DNA of 64,000 bases from Selaginella moellendorffii. Taxonomy: Eukaryota > Plantae > Lycopodiophyta. Each line of letters starts with the position of its first letter. The stretch's first letter is position 1. Below the pieces are notes generated by a model, which saw only the letters and a program-made list of their open reading frames with translations, had not been told where the DNA came from and searched no databases. Shown one piece after another: positions 1 through 12,659 of the stretch. The stretch is taken from contig NW_003314276.1 of the NCBI RefSeq assembly GCF_000143415.4, forward strand, positions 443,164 through 507,163, written 5' to 3'. The translations under genes were made by a program, and so were the position numbers.

Positions 1-2956
1 TTTTAAGAAAGGTGACCCTTATGCCTTTCTTCTATATCGTTGTGCTTGGTGGCAAGTTGCACCTTGCATTTCGTTAAGACTCTATGAGAGTAGTGAGCTC
101 TCACTGATCTTGACTTAGTCTTGGTGGTCTTGTGCCTTGGCTAACAATGGTGATGTTCAACTTAGTTATTTCAGGTTAAGATATTGGTACCCATACTATA
201 GCTTTGTCTAGTAGGTTGAGTACCGATATAAGTCCATCTCATGGTCTTCACTTTAGTTTTGACTGAGTGTTGATCATGCATAGTTAGCCTCTTCAAAGCA
301 TGCTTAGAGCTATTGGCTAAACAAGTTGGTGAGTTTATTGTGGTTGAGTTGGATTCGAGTGGTCATTTAGTTCGTGCTTGCCCATAAACCTTTATCTCGT
401 ACCTGGGGTATCACGTTCATATTGGACAAGTATATAACTTGATAACAAGAGTTGGTATTTGGGTCTTGTGAAGGCAAGTTGAGGAGTGAGTGTTAGTTGC
501 TTTGCGACTAGTGATTACTTATAGACTTAGTCGAGGACTGTTGACACTTGCTTTGCTCGATGATGATTTAGCAGTGATGGGCTTGCTTTACTAGATGGTG
601 TTGTGGAGGATCGTATCGTTAGACTTATATGAGCTTTTCATGTTGACATGTCGACTCTACCTCTGTCGATATCATTTGGTTACATCTAGTATGTAGTGTT
701 GGATTTCATTGAGTCTTGGACGTGGTGAATCACTCCTTGATGATGTGTTATCTATAATTAAGTGTTATTGGAGGATTGGTCTCAGATATTGAGTAAAGTA
801 TCTTCGACTTTGGCTAGCTTGGTTGCTAGAGACTTTTGGGTGGTGATTCACTCTTACTTTCTTCTAGTTTTGTTCTGGTGTTGATGACATTGAAGTGATG
901 CCTTGTCATTAACATTATTGATATTAAGATTTGAGTGAAATGAGATGTCTCTCGATAAGATTGATATTGAGTTTCATTAGTCTCAATAAAGATAGTGTTG
1001 ATGATTTGGTTGTAGCTTTGTGTTATTAGCATTCGCGCATTAGCTAATTAGCAACTATGTTGACGTTCAAATGAACCGAGTGGAAAGTTTAAGTTAGTTG
1101 TGTTCTAGACGAGATTATTTAGTAAAGGTTGAGCTTTAGCTTTCCTTGAAAAATGATTTAGTCATGGACTATGCTAACTCTACAAGAGGAAGAATTAGTG
1201 ATTGATATTGGCATGTTTGAATCTTTGTTGGATTTGAGTTACAATATATCGATCATTGATGATTTATCTTGTGCTTGTTATGAAGTGAGTTATGTCTTGC
1301 TATAGATGGATTCATGGAGGATCATTTAGTGATCACTTATTGTGCATGGCTCCATTGTGCTTAGCTTTTGGATTGATGAAAACATGCTCTTCATTAGTTT
1401 TGGCATTATGAAGTTTAGCATATGGATGTTTTGAGGAGGATATTGTGGGTTGTACCATGATTTTCTTCTTTAGCATTGAAGTTAGTTCATGTGAGATTGT
1501 GATCATTGCTAGACATGACTTGGTTATAAGCTTCTTTGAGCTTTTGGTTCCTTGAGTTTTGCACTCATTGTTCCATTCATTAGAAGTTGATGGGGAAGGC
1601 ATTTTGGCTCATTAGCTTCGATGTTGAAGTTGGGTTTTGCATCTAGCAATCATTGGTGATGATTGACTATCATCTAGGATAGTTGATTATCCTTGTCGAA
1701 GGTTTTGCTTGATTATCGTTGATCTAGAATGATTTGCCATTCTTCAAGATGGTAGATTCTTTCTTCGATGACAATTATGCATTTCTTTATTGATGGGATA
1801 GTTGATACTCTTTCATGATGGTTAATTGTTCTCTTTGATAGCTTAAATACTATATGTTCTTTGTGGTTTGCTCTGGATTGGTCTCTTGGGTTTGAGACAT
1901 CAGTAGGATGTTGCTGACACTTGCTTAGNNNNNNNNNNNNNNNNNNNNNNNNNNNNNNNNNNNNNNNNNNNNNNNNNNNNNNNNNNNNNNNNNNNNNNNN
2001 NNNNNNNNNNNNNNNNNNNNNNNNNNNNNNNNNNNNNNNNNNNNNNNNNNNNNNNNNNNNNNNNNNNNNNNNNNNNNNNNNNNNNNNNNNNNNNNNNNNN
2101 NNNNNNNNNNNNNNNNNNNNNNNNNNNNNNNNNNNNNNNNNNNNNNNNNTTCGTAAGTTGTTTAGCATTCTGTCTGCAATCTTTAATAGTTAAACTTTAT
2201 CATTGAGTTTATTTGATGGTATACGTGCTATTGAATTTTGTTGGATAGTAAATCCTATGTTTTCCAATGATAGTGATCTTGGTGGTTCCTATACTCAAAT
2301 ACTAGTTTATCGGATGATAACTTACTTAGAATACTTTTGCATTCTAATCTAAGCTTTATTCACTGATAATTAAATCTCTAAGATATCATTGTTTATGACT
2401 TTGATATAGTCCATATATATTGATCTTTGAGTTTGGGCCAGTATAGATAGACTGGCTTCGGCACTTCGTATGCATGGTGAAATCTTTAGTTATGGGGTAG
2501 TTACTGTCGACTGGGCACATCACCTGCCTCTCTATCGATGTTCCTTATTTTGTTAATAAGGCATGATCATGTAAACAACTCTAACTGCCTATTTACAATA
2601 GTCTATCTAAACCTTACCGACGGGTTTAGTTTCTTTGCTAAGGAGGGTTAGTGCCTCTGGCTCCTCTCTCTATGTCCTTGCGGGCAAGGGCGTATCACAC
2701 TTTTGTAGCTGGGTGACACCCAAAGCAACAAGGGTGGCTGACTCCGTTGGTCATTTCCTTGTTGGTGACAGCCGGAAGGTGTTTGAGTTGGTAGCGCATC
2801 CACGTTAGACAAAGAGGTTACCCCTACCTCATTTAAGTTGGTGCATTTCTCACATAGTGTGAGTACTGTGAACTTTTTCTGGAGTTGTTTCCTTAGCGGT
2901 ATTCTAGACTTGAGTATGCATTGACGAGGACGTCAATCTTCCCTAAGGGGGGAGAG
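1..2956 (+). mobile_element. Degenerate, ORF-less internal 3' region of an LTR retrotransposon, ending in a polypurine tract
   Basis: G/T-rich sequence with no credible ORF. Ends in TTGACGAGGACGTCAATCTTCCCTAAGGGGGGAGAG directly followed by the TG of the LTR at 2957. Contains an N gap at 1929-2149. Confidence 0.55.
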
Positions 2957-4074
2957 TGTCGTAAATGTGACTTCAGGTATCAAAAGTTACCTGTCGGCCA
3001 GTCTTTACGGACACTCTTTCCTTACTGCCACAATGGCAGGAGGTCGGTATTGCTGGTTCCCTTTATCAGCCCCTCTTGTTTAAATGTTAATTTACTGGGC
3101 TTAGCACATGTATTTAGCCAGATGGACATAAGGTAGGAACTCCTATGTGTTTCTAGCTGAGCATACTCAACCTGGCTCTTAGTTCTCTTTTACTCTGTCT
3201 TGCCCTGGCTTGACAAGAACCCTCGCATATTGAGATTGGTCCCTCAATATTGCTGGATGATAACTTACCGTATCTGCCAAACACCCTCGCTATCATGCCC
3301 TTTGTGTTAGTCTCATTTCGGTCCCAAATGCTATTTATGGAAAGTGTCTAGATTTGCTCGTTTGGCATATCTACGAAATGTAGAGATTGGCCTGAACACA
3401 ATGGTGTTCATCCCGTGTCCAAATTCACATTCTAGCGCCATTCCATATTTATTAAGCTTCAAGCTTGTCCCAGAGACTAACTCCTGATACTAAAGGAGGC
3501 TTGGGGCGAAAGCCCAAAGCGTGTGTTCCTCAAGGGCGGGGGTTCCAAATGTATAGTAGGGATAGTGGGTAGGTCAAACATGGCTGACCAACCTGAGGCA
3601 TAGTCTAGCTCCCGCTTGCGTGCCTGTCCTTGTTCTGCGTCTGGCTTGGGTCTAAGCCCAAGCTCCACACCATGCTAGCTAGTGGAGTACCCATATCCTC
3701 ACGTTAGGCCACCGGTATGCTGAAATAGCGCCAGACTCCGTTTGCCTCCGTTTTGCATGCTAATCCTGGCATTGGGATGCTGGTTGCTCTAGGACTGTTC
3801 CAAGTCGCTTCGGGCTCCTGTCCCTTCGCTCCTTGGGCTATATGCTCAAGAGTTGCTCCGTGGTCCGGTTCCATCACTCCTTGGCTCCATACTTGGGAGT
3901 TTGGCACCGTTCCTTTGTTCAGTGGCCCAAGGCCCTGAAACTCGAGTTCCACACCACTGTCCTTTAGACATGTGGCATCTGTCACGTGGCACAAAGAGGG
4001 TTTAGATTCCACTTCGTGGTGTTATCCTATAGTAAATCACCATAGTATAAAGGGTCAAAACCACATGTGCTACA
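2957..4074 (+). repeat. 3' LTR (~1.1 kb, TG...CA)
   Basis: Starts TGTCGTAAATGTGAC right after the PPT and ends GCTACA. Colinear end to end with 31328-32475. Confidence 0.85.
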
Positions 4075-4400
4075 CATACTTGCATCAATCTAAAAACCAA
4101 ATATGATAAAGCCAAACTTCATAAGTGATTGTTAAACTAATCCTATATGAACTTATCTTCCACTATAAGATACATCAATAATCAATATAACTTCAACTTA
4201 TATCTAACAAGGATCCAACAACTCTAATATTGATCACTAACTCTTAGTTTTGCAAAGTTAACATAATCCATGACTAAATCATTTTTCAAAGAAAAGCCAA
4301 AGCCAAATCTTTACTAAACAATCTAGTCTAAAACAAAACTAACTTAACTTGTCACTCAACTTGTTTAAACACTAATACAATTGCTAACTAGCAAATGTGC
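4075..4400 (-). repeat. Diverged inverted copy of the retroelement internal segment at ~1020-1310
   Basis: The reverse complement of 4220-4360 aligns by eye with 1078-1260 (e.g. TTTAGTAAAG.TT...TTGAAAAATGATTTAGTCATGGA). Confidence 0.65.
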
Positions 4401-4899
4401 AAATACTAACAATACAAAAGTATAGCAAAATCATCAATATCATAATCATTAAGATTATGAAAGAAAATATCCCAATGAGGTTCAATTGACCACCAACTAT
4501 CTGAATCACCATAGATGGAAAATTAAACTTCCTTAGTAAACCTATAAAATATTTAATCTCAACTTTAACAATAGAGATAAACAAAGTCCAGTGTTATTTC
4601 AGCATACTAGAGGCCTAATATGAGTATATGGATATTCCACCAACTATATAGAGTTTGGGCTTGGACCTAAAGCAAACACAGAAAAGGATAGACACACCAA
4701 TAGAGAGTTAGATAATGTATTTTCATATACCCAAACAAGGGAAGAAGGTTCTTGGAAACAAGCTGAATGATAGTCTAAGCTGGCATTGATGGTGAGAAGC
4801 AGGCCAAAGAGAAAACTGTTAAAGGTTTTCAACTATTGTTTGAAGAAGGAATGTCCAATAGAGTTCTAACAGCATCTCTAGCATCAACAGCACCACAGA

Positions 4900-6900
4900 C
4901 TCACAGCAGCATAGTTAGGTGTAGGTACAGCTGGGGTAGAGGCTTTTATAAAGCCCTATGGAACTACAATGTTCATAAAAGGCCCTAAACCCTGTGTGAA
5001 TGTTGTGAGATATCCTTAGTAAGGGTCCTAGTGACTCCTTATGTGGTGCTAGAGTCAGAAAAGTGGCTAGAAAAATTTCTACCTTGATTCTTGACTCTGT
5101 GGTTGCAAAGATATCATGGCTGATTCTCCAGTTCTTTTTTAGGCCAAGGAACTTTGGAATATGCATGGTGATGCTAGACAAGTCCAATATGGAATAGTCC
5201 AATCCATATAGAAGAAGTCTGTCATATTGCATTATACACTCAAATATCCATCCCAAGATAGAGTCTGAGATGATGGTGGTAGTCCCTTATAAGGAAGTCA
5301 AATGTCAAACCCATGCCATCAATGGAGATCTTAACACTTGCAAATGCAAGCCAGAATCACAGTATAATTAGTAAATCTTTTGAACAACCATGTTGCCAGC
5401 CACTTCCAAGCCACTGGAGTATGCCAACAAGGGAGATGATGTTGCTTTGAAAATGAGAGCTGAGCATTGTTTATGCCTTTGAGGAAGAGTGTCTTATCTG
5501 AATGTTACTACAAAGAATGAGATCAAGAGTTTTTTGAGTGTTTAAACCAGGAATGCTTCTTAAAAGCTTGCCAACTAAGCTCACTGAGCATGATCTAGAT
5601 AAAGTGCAGAAATTTGAGTGAGAATGTCCTCCAGGACCTGAGAGACTGTGGAGGCTGGCTGGAAGATCCCACTCTGAAAGCTTAGAGCTGGTCTAGTAGC
5701 TAGATTTGAAGCTATACCCAAGGATGTGGTGTTAGATTGTGGGTATGATTCTAGGAATATTCCCAGATATACTTAGAGATTAATCCATTAGGTTCATTAT
5801 TGAGATTGATAATATGACACATTTTTCAGTGGCATTTTTCAGGATTCTCTTGCAACAGATGGTGACCACAGTGGCATGTCTCACTTTTTAGCAAAGGCAT
5901 CATTTGGAGTATTAAGTTCTAGAACAAAAATAAAAGGATCCATATCAATTTCAAGCTAAGTATTTCTACTTAAGTCTTTTATTTGATCTAGATCTTTTTA
6001 TTTCTTTTCAATTCCTATTATTGTTGAATTGGATCAGGCTTTTGGCTTTTTATCTTTCATGAATCCTAGATTTGATAGATCTAGAATTTTGACAATCAGA
6101 ATTCTATTTCTTGTTTTGTGTGAGGTATGCAATTATTTTTTTCTTAGAGTCCAGTCAAGAGCTTAGACATTTACAAGTTATTGGCAAAGAAGCATGATGA
6201 TGGTTGCCATGGTTGATCTAGCCATGTTTTCACTTCCATAGTAAGGAGATATTAGGCTTGAAGAGGATTTTTAACCACCTTTAAAGCAAGTTGAAAATCA
6301 TGGATCTTATGCACTTGGCTTGTGGGCATTTGATGTAGTAGACAAGTTTTCTCTTACAAAACCTTTTCTACCAATGCTTTTCCAATTAAATCTTCATGGT
6401 GACTCCTCTTCTTCACCCACTGCTCAAGATAGTGGATGTGTTACATGTGAGTTTTGGGCTGCCAAAAGCAAGCATGTTACAAAGTGGTGATTTTGAGAAG
6501 TAACCATTTTCTTGCTGTCTCAATATTGAGCAGAACCTTCTTCTAGTCATTCTCAGCTCCAGGATTGGGTCATTCACGTCAGTACCAACTAGTTCTGAGA
6601 TTTCTTCTATCATAATAATGAAGGCAATGGAGGTGATTTGTGCACACTTTTGTTAATAGAGGCAGTAGTGCCCTTTTAGGAATAAGATAGAATATGCTCC
6701 TTAAGGCATTCTGGTATTGGGAGCTCTTTCTTCTTTTTTCTTTTTATTTATCATTTGTTTTTCTCTCATTTTTTCTCTATTTTTCTCACCTTTATTTCTA
6801 TATTTCTTTATTCATGTCATGCAGCTATGAGTGCTCTTTAATCACTGAACAAGCTATAAGATTTAAGTTTCTAGATAATTCTCAGAATTTTTAATTTTCC
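4900..6900 (+). mobile_element. Heavily decayed retrotransposon pol-like remnant
   Basis: Only faint motifs, e.g. aspartic-protease-like LILDS at ~5085 and integrase-like stretches at 6300-6650. Many stops and frameshifts. Confidence 0.3.
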
Positions 6901-8019
6901 CTCTTCACCATCTTTATCAATGCCTTAAAAAAAAAAGAGTGTCCCAAAGAAGAAATCTCCAACAAAGATAACTGTATGTCCCACAAATGCTAATCTAGCT
7001 AAAGAAAGTGGGAAAGGACACTAAAACTTTTGTGGGTATCTCAAAAAATATGTGGACACATACAAATCAGATGAAGAATGTGGAGATAAAGTGAAAAAAC
7101 CAAAAGACATGGATTAAACATTCACAAATACCTTTGGCAAATATGTTTTAACAAATATCTCTTAACTCTGGCTACAAAATTGGACACAAATAGACACATT
7201 GGAAAGTTTAGACTTAGATAAAGAGAAGAAGACCAACATGAAGAGCCATGACACTCATACAAAGAAATGGAAAGAAAGGCAATTTCCATTGGCCTTGTTA
7301 TTGAGGAAGTCAAGGCCTTCAAATTGCTAACCCAAATAAAGAAGAGTTGCATTTCCATTGCCAATCAGAAGGCCATGGCTTCCTCTTTCTAATGATGTAA
7401 AATCAACTTCATCTCTCATGAAATGCACAAATCCTCATAAGAAGGCTAGACTAGACTGAAATTGCTAGATTCACCAATTTTTGGGGCATTCTAAAGCCCT
7501 AATGATAGATCCACCTCCCTCTCATATGTAATCTTTATATGTAACCTTAAAATTTTAGGGGTGCAGTGGACACATCAAACCCTACCCTAATAGACGCTTC
7601 ACATGTGACCATCACAGTTAAATTGTGACAGCCACATCAGCAATTTGAAGTGACGTTGCCCTAGTACATGTCACTATCACCATCATTTTTTTAACGGTGG
7701 CATTGTGACGGTGAAACCAATTTGAATGTTTTTCAAAACCGGCCCAGCCGGTTGACCACCATCAAACCTGAAAAAGCATGTTAAAATGCTGATGTGACAG
7801 TTATTTCTTCCTGCCACTATTGCTGACATGTCAATTCTTGGTTTTATGGTCTTGAGCGGAATGGGAGAGTAGCAGCTGAATGATTTGGAGATTATGTTCT
7901 CCACTCAATGTTAGCAAGAGGTTCTGTATGATGGTTCTCAATTCAGCAAGGGGAATTTTACTGCTCCCACTCCACCGAAGCCTCCGAAACCAGCTGGAAA
8001 TCGGGGGCATTGGTCTTTG

Positions 8020-8857
8020 AATGAATTGTTGGTTTTGAATGAAGAAAAGAAGCATGATTTCTTCTTACAGCAGCGAGGCAGCATTCAAAAGAGGCACAAG
8101 ACTGCAAGTGTTCGTTGGCAGCAAGTCTCTAAGTAAGTTTGGATTTTTCATGTTCAATAAGTTTGGAGCTACTATTTGACACATGATGTCAACCATTTGC
8201 CTAGGCAATGTCAATCTCATTGGGAGTATATCTACAAAGAGTTCAACAAAATCAAATCATATGAATATCATGTTCCTACTAGCAGAAGCAGTTACTAGAA
8301 CATGACAACGGAGCAATGTCGTAAAGCATTTGCCACCAAAGTTCAATGATCAACTCTACGCAATGATGGACAAGTTGCTTCAGGACCGTCGAACTGTGAA
8401 TTCACAGGGACAGACTTAGGAATCAATGTCTTCACCACCTACATCCCAATGATCACCATTACCGACACCATGAGCTTCATGACAACAATCACCATCATCT
8501 CCATATGGAGAATCAAAACCTGAAGGTATGTTTTGTAGTTTTTGTTCATAATCATTTTTGGCAATGATAGGAAATAACAACGATCCTGAAAAACGTAGTT
8601 CAGGCCGGCTGAGGAAGAAGTCCCACACACAACTTGCAGAACAACTTGCAGGAGCGTTGCATGACAACAATGTGAGGCTCATTGATACAATGGAAGATAG
8701 ACAGAAGGAAATTTGTTGTCATAATCTGAAGAAGGAAGAATTCATGGAGTGTATTCTGTCTATGGATAGCCAGATGGTGAAGAGTGTGGATCAAGTAGCT
8801 CAAGCCTTGTTTGTGATTGCTGATTCTTTGGTAAGTAAATTCATTTCTTATTCATGA
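8020..8857 (+). pseudogene. Harbinger Myb/SANT (trihelix-like) DNA-binding protein, disrupted
   Basis: Translation RWQQVSK...CQSHWEYIYKEFNKIKSYEYHVP..SSY*NMTTEQ resembles trihelix/Myb-SANT proteins. Coiled-coil tail in ORF 8558-8857. Contains stops. Confidence 0.65.
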
Positions 8858-9139
8858 ACTTCACTTTTGTAGTTTACAGCGTTTCTGATTACTATCTCCG
8901 AAGCAACAAGAGAGATGATGAACTGATGAAGATGTGATGATTTACCTGATCGACAATTCTAGGCCTAGCATTCCCACCTTGCGTTGCTGCTGCCAGTATC
9001 CTTGGATCGATTCCATCGATTTAGAAAGAGAATTCTTGTTGGAAGGACATGAGCGTTTGCATAAAGCTGTTTGTATCAGTCGTCTGGCATGGATCAGAGC
9101 TAGATTGAAAGGATAGAAAGAACTTTACAAGAGTAAGTA

Positions 9140-9376
9140 CCCACTGCAAAATGACAATCTTTGCCTATGGTTGATTGAGTCCCCTCTCAGCGACCACTGC
9201 TCGGGTATCGCCTATAAGCTTGGCTGTGCTATGGGGATCCGAGATGAGATTTTTCCCAAGGAACAAAGAGAAGAAAATACATACCAGAAGTAAAGATTGC
9301 TTGTGTTATCTTTGACCACCCTGGTACTTGCGATCTTCTGGACAACGTCCAGGCCTTCTACCACCCCGCCTACCAC
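9140..9376 (-). pseudogene. CYP26-2: C-terminal fragment of a chloroplast cyclophilin (CYP26-2-like) with intron
   Basis: VVGGVVEGLDVVQKIASTRVVKDNTSNLYF / TAKLIGDTRAVVAERGLNQP*AKIVI matches the recalled CYP26-2 C-terminus (AKxIGDKRAVVAERGFNRPYSKVV). Confidence 0.65.
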
Positions 9377-10570
9377 CGCAGGGTAAAATAAGCTGGCAAG
9401 TTCCAAAGCTTCACGAATTCAGCATAACTTGCTTGAGAACAAAGAGCAAGAACCGCCGATTGTGACTGACAGTATCCTGAAATTGATATGCTTGAGTTGG
9501 TCTTTCTTAGCAAAACCCAAGCTTCTACTACCGATAGAAACTTCAGGCTTGACTTGTAATTTGCCAAAAACTCTGCTGGTTTCCCAGGTGAAAGTGCACC
9601 AGGCTTGCCTGCCACTATTGCTGAGCGCACTTCTTTAAGAATGGAGTTTCCAAGAACATCAAACACATTAAGTCCAGAGTTTTCTGAAAAGAAACGAGAC
9701 CACAAGAAAACGAGCAAAATAAGAAAAAGGCATTTGGAAAGCTTACCAGACACTACGATATCCAACATGAACTTACAATCTCGAGTAATATGCACCTCAG
9801 CCTGTTTATAGTCTTCCTCCAGCTTGTCTGCAGCTCCTCCACCCACCAAGTCTTTGGAAGAATTCCCAGGAAAAAGCCTGGAGATAAAAGGTGCCACAAT
9901 TATGATATGAAAAGCCTCTTCAGCTCCAGCAGTGTTGTCAATAGCCACATAAGCACGTAGACAATGGTAGAGAACCTTCTCGTCACTTCACCTGGATGCA
10001 GAACTTTAGACTATTCATCTCACTCATAATTCGCTCCAACAATCGACTCTGCGGGTCATCACCACTGTTGTTGTCGACCGGATCCAGAGATCCTTCACTG
10101 CCACTCACTAGATTTCCATTGGAAATTCTATTTTCCTTGAGCTCCAGCAAGAGCTTCTCGATCTGCAAGAAAGCTAGGAATTGAAATAAAAGGACTCGCT
10201 CCACTCAATCTTACCTTGGAAACCACATGAGAGGTGTCGAGCAGCAACTTGAGAATCTCCTGCGATGCAAAGGCCTCGGATCTCTGCTTGAACGCGTCCT
10301 GGAGCACGAGCAGCACTCCATCAACACCATTGCGCACGGTGACAAGCTTACCTCGCAGCTCTTGCAATGGCGTGCACATCCGGAGCACAGCACCATCCAC
10401 ATCCACAAGCTGCATGCTGAGGCTCACGAAATCTTTGTAATCCTTGTTGATGAGCTCGATGAGCTCGTTCTTGAGTGCTGCAAGGTGACTGCGCAGCTCG
10501 CCGTGCAGTGCCTTGAGCGGCATGAAGCTGCACAGGCTGGAAATGTGGGTGTCACAGTCGAAACCCTGAA
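9373..10570 (-). pseudogene. COG2: N-terminal half of conserved oligomeric Golgi complex subunit 2, intron-containing fragment
   Basis: ELRSHLAALKNELIELINKDYKDFVSLSMQLVDVDGAVLRM; LLLDTSHVVSK; SILKEV...KPGALSPGKPAEFLANYKSSLKFL...KLWNLPAYFTLR. Truncated, with stops and deletions. Confidence 0.85.
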
Positions 10571-10669
10571 AAATAAAACTTGAGTTTCTGTGTTAAATAG
10601 AGCGCACTAAAATAAACAAATTCATGAGCTTCAAGTGGATTTGTTTAAGTCTATTACATAAGTAGTGAG

Positions 10670-11500
10670 AATTTTTCTAAGCTCCATAGCAGCAACCTTT
10701 AAGCAATTTGAAACTTCTCTCACATGCCATCCTCAAAGACAACAAGTAAAAGTTAAATGCTTCCCTCAATTCAGTTCCATTTGCACCTGGAAACAGTATA
10801 ACCAACCATGGAAGTTTGTAGTATCCTGAGTCTCCAATGATGTACTCCCAAAACTAATATTGGCCTCTTGAGACTGCTGGTCCGTTAAGAATCTCACCTG
10901 ATTGAGCTCTTCTGTAGAATGAACTCTTCCTCAAAATGGTTATGTCATTGTAACTCGCAGGATCTCCAACTCGAATTTCCAGGAACCTTGCTTCATTATC
11001 CACGATTGCTTGCATGACAATTGAGTAATCCTTGTCCTTGTTGTAATAATCACTTGTAAAAGCATTTCCAGGAAGCTCAACTTTGAAATGCGTGCAGTCA
11101 ATTGCATCATAGCAATTCGGGAAGCCACAAAGACTCTTGAAACCTGTTTTTACTGTTCACAGATCTGCTGGCCACACAAAAAAATTGTCCTAGATGCTAG
11201 AATGTTGTGTCAGAGAACTTCTGACAATACTTCCAGACAGTTGCTTTAGAAACACCAAAATGCTCTGCCAAACTAGCAAAAGAATCACCTGAAGCTAATC
11301 TCCATAAAGCAATGGCAACTTGCTTACCAATAGGAATATCTCTAGATAGAATGTTTTTCTGCATTGACGGAGCAACAAGTTCGCAGATTGTCATAAACTG
11401 CTCCTCGGAAACTCTGAAGAACTCTCTCCACCTTGTTGGATCTTGCATTCCAACCTTGTCCACCCAATGACGGAACCAATGAAGAGACCTTGGTCTGATA
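10670..11500 (-). pseudogene. HARBI1-like DDE transposase, disrupted
   Basis: WREFFRVS..QF..ICELV; KQVAIALWRLASGDSF..LAEHFGVSKATV; GFPNC.DAIDCTH; SIVMQAIVD; IIGDSGY.KLPWL motifs. Frameshifts and stops. Confidence 0.9.
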
Positions 11501-11660
11501 TAGAAATCTCACTCAACAGTAACTTGATTTTAGAATATTCTAGAATACTCTGACGTGAATGATGGTTACATGTACAGTGCCACCATCATTTTATCGCCGT
11601 CACTGCACAGAAAATGATGGTGACAGTCACATGTGCAGCGTCTCTAAGCTGGGAACTCCG

Positions 11661-12226
11661 TGTTAGGAACTAAATCTCAAGACCTTGGTCTAAAACACTG
11701 CTCAAGAATTGTATAGCTCTCACACCAAGAGTACATGCCTCACTCATTATATCCTGAGCTTCATTTGCCTTAGTACTTGCCATTTTCCTAGAAGAAATTG
11801 CTAGCCTGCTTCAGCCACAGTAAGCTTCATCTCACGCATGGGATGTTCAAACAGAGAAGCAGGCTATTATGCCTCAAAAAGCAAACCTTTGCCCCAATTT
11901 ATTGCATCACATTTGAGACACTGATGCTAGCAATGTGTGCCTGTCCTTCATTTGATGGACCATGTTAGAGGTGCTGGAGAAAGATATCAGTGACCTGTTG
12001 GGAGCATGATAAGAGTAGTCATGCTCATGACATCAATGCTTTGAGCACAATGCTAGAAGCAGTGGCTCCTGTGTCACCTCACACCATAACTGGGACAAGC
12101 TCTCATTAAGAAGCAAGAGTGATTGTCACCCTGAGGCTCAAGAACACTCACACTCAGCACCCACTGCTCATCTCCTCTGTCCTCTAAGCATGAACCACTT
12201 TGTCACATCAGCACTTAGTCCTAACG
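11661..12226. repeat. Possible old solo LTR
   Basis: Inverted termini TGTTAGGA...TCCTAAC(G). No matching TSD seen. Confidence 0.3.
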
Positions 12227-12659
12227 GCGTGACCTTAGCCCATTTCAATGTCAACAAAGCACATCTTCAACTGTTTCCAGGGTTCCGATGGCACGAGCAC
12301 CAAACTTCAAAACATAATACTTGTTTAATCTATTTGACAAGTAAACCGTTAGGAGCAAGATGTTTTAATTTATTTGCAAGGTCAACATTGCGACACTCCC
12401 ATGTACAAGCATGATTAAGAAGCCCTGATCAAATGCAGTACGAGGCACCATATCAGATGATTGAATTGAGACGAAGAATTTCTGTGAGAACCACTGAGGT
12501 TGTCACTAGTGGACGTTGGCTGCATGAGGTGAAGTGTTTCGTTATTTTAGGATCCAGATCGAGGCACCTTTGCAACTAATATGCCAGGCTCCAAGAAACC
12601 ATTTTGTAAGTATGATGGTACATGCTTGAGGTGTTTTGAATTGAGACAAGTAGGCGTTT

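Larger units (their letters stand above)
7591..11644. mobile_element. PIF/Harbinger DNA transposon carrying captured host gene fragments
   Basis: Imperfect TIRs TAGACGCTTCACATGTGAC (7591) and GTCACATGTGCAGCGTCTC (ends 11644), each flanked by TAA. GTGAC/GTCAC subterminal motifs. Contains Myb/SANT-like and HARBI1-like genes in convergent orientation. Confidence 0.85.
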
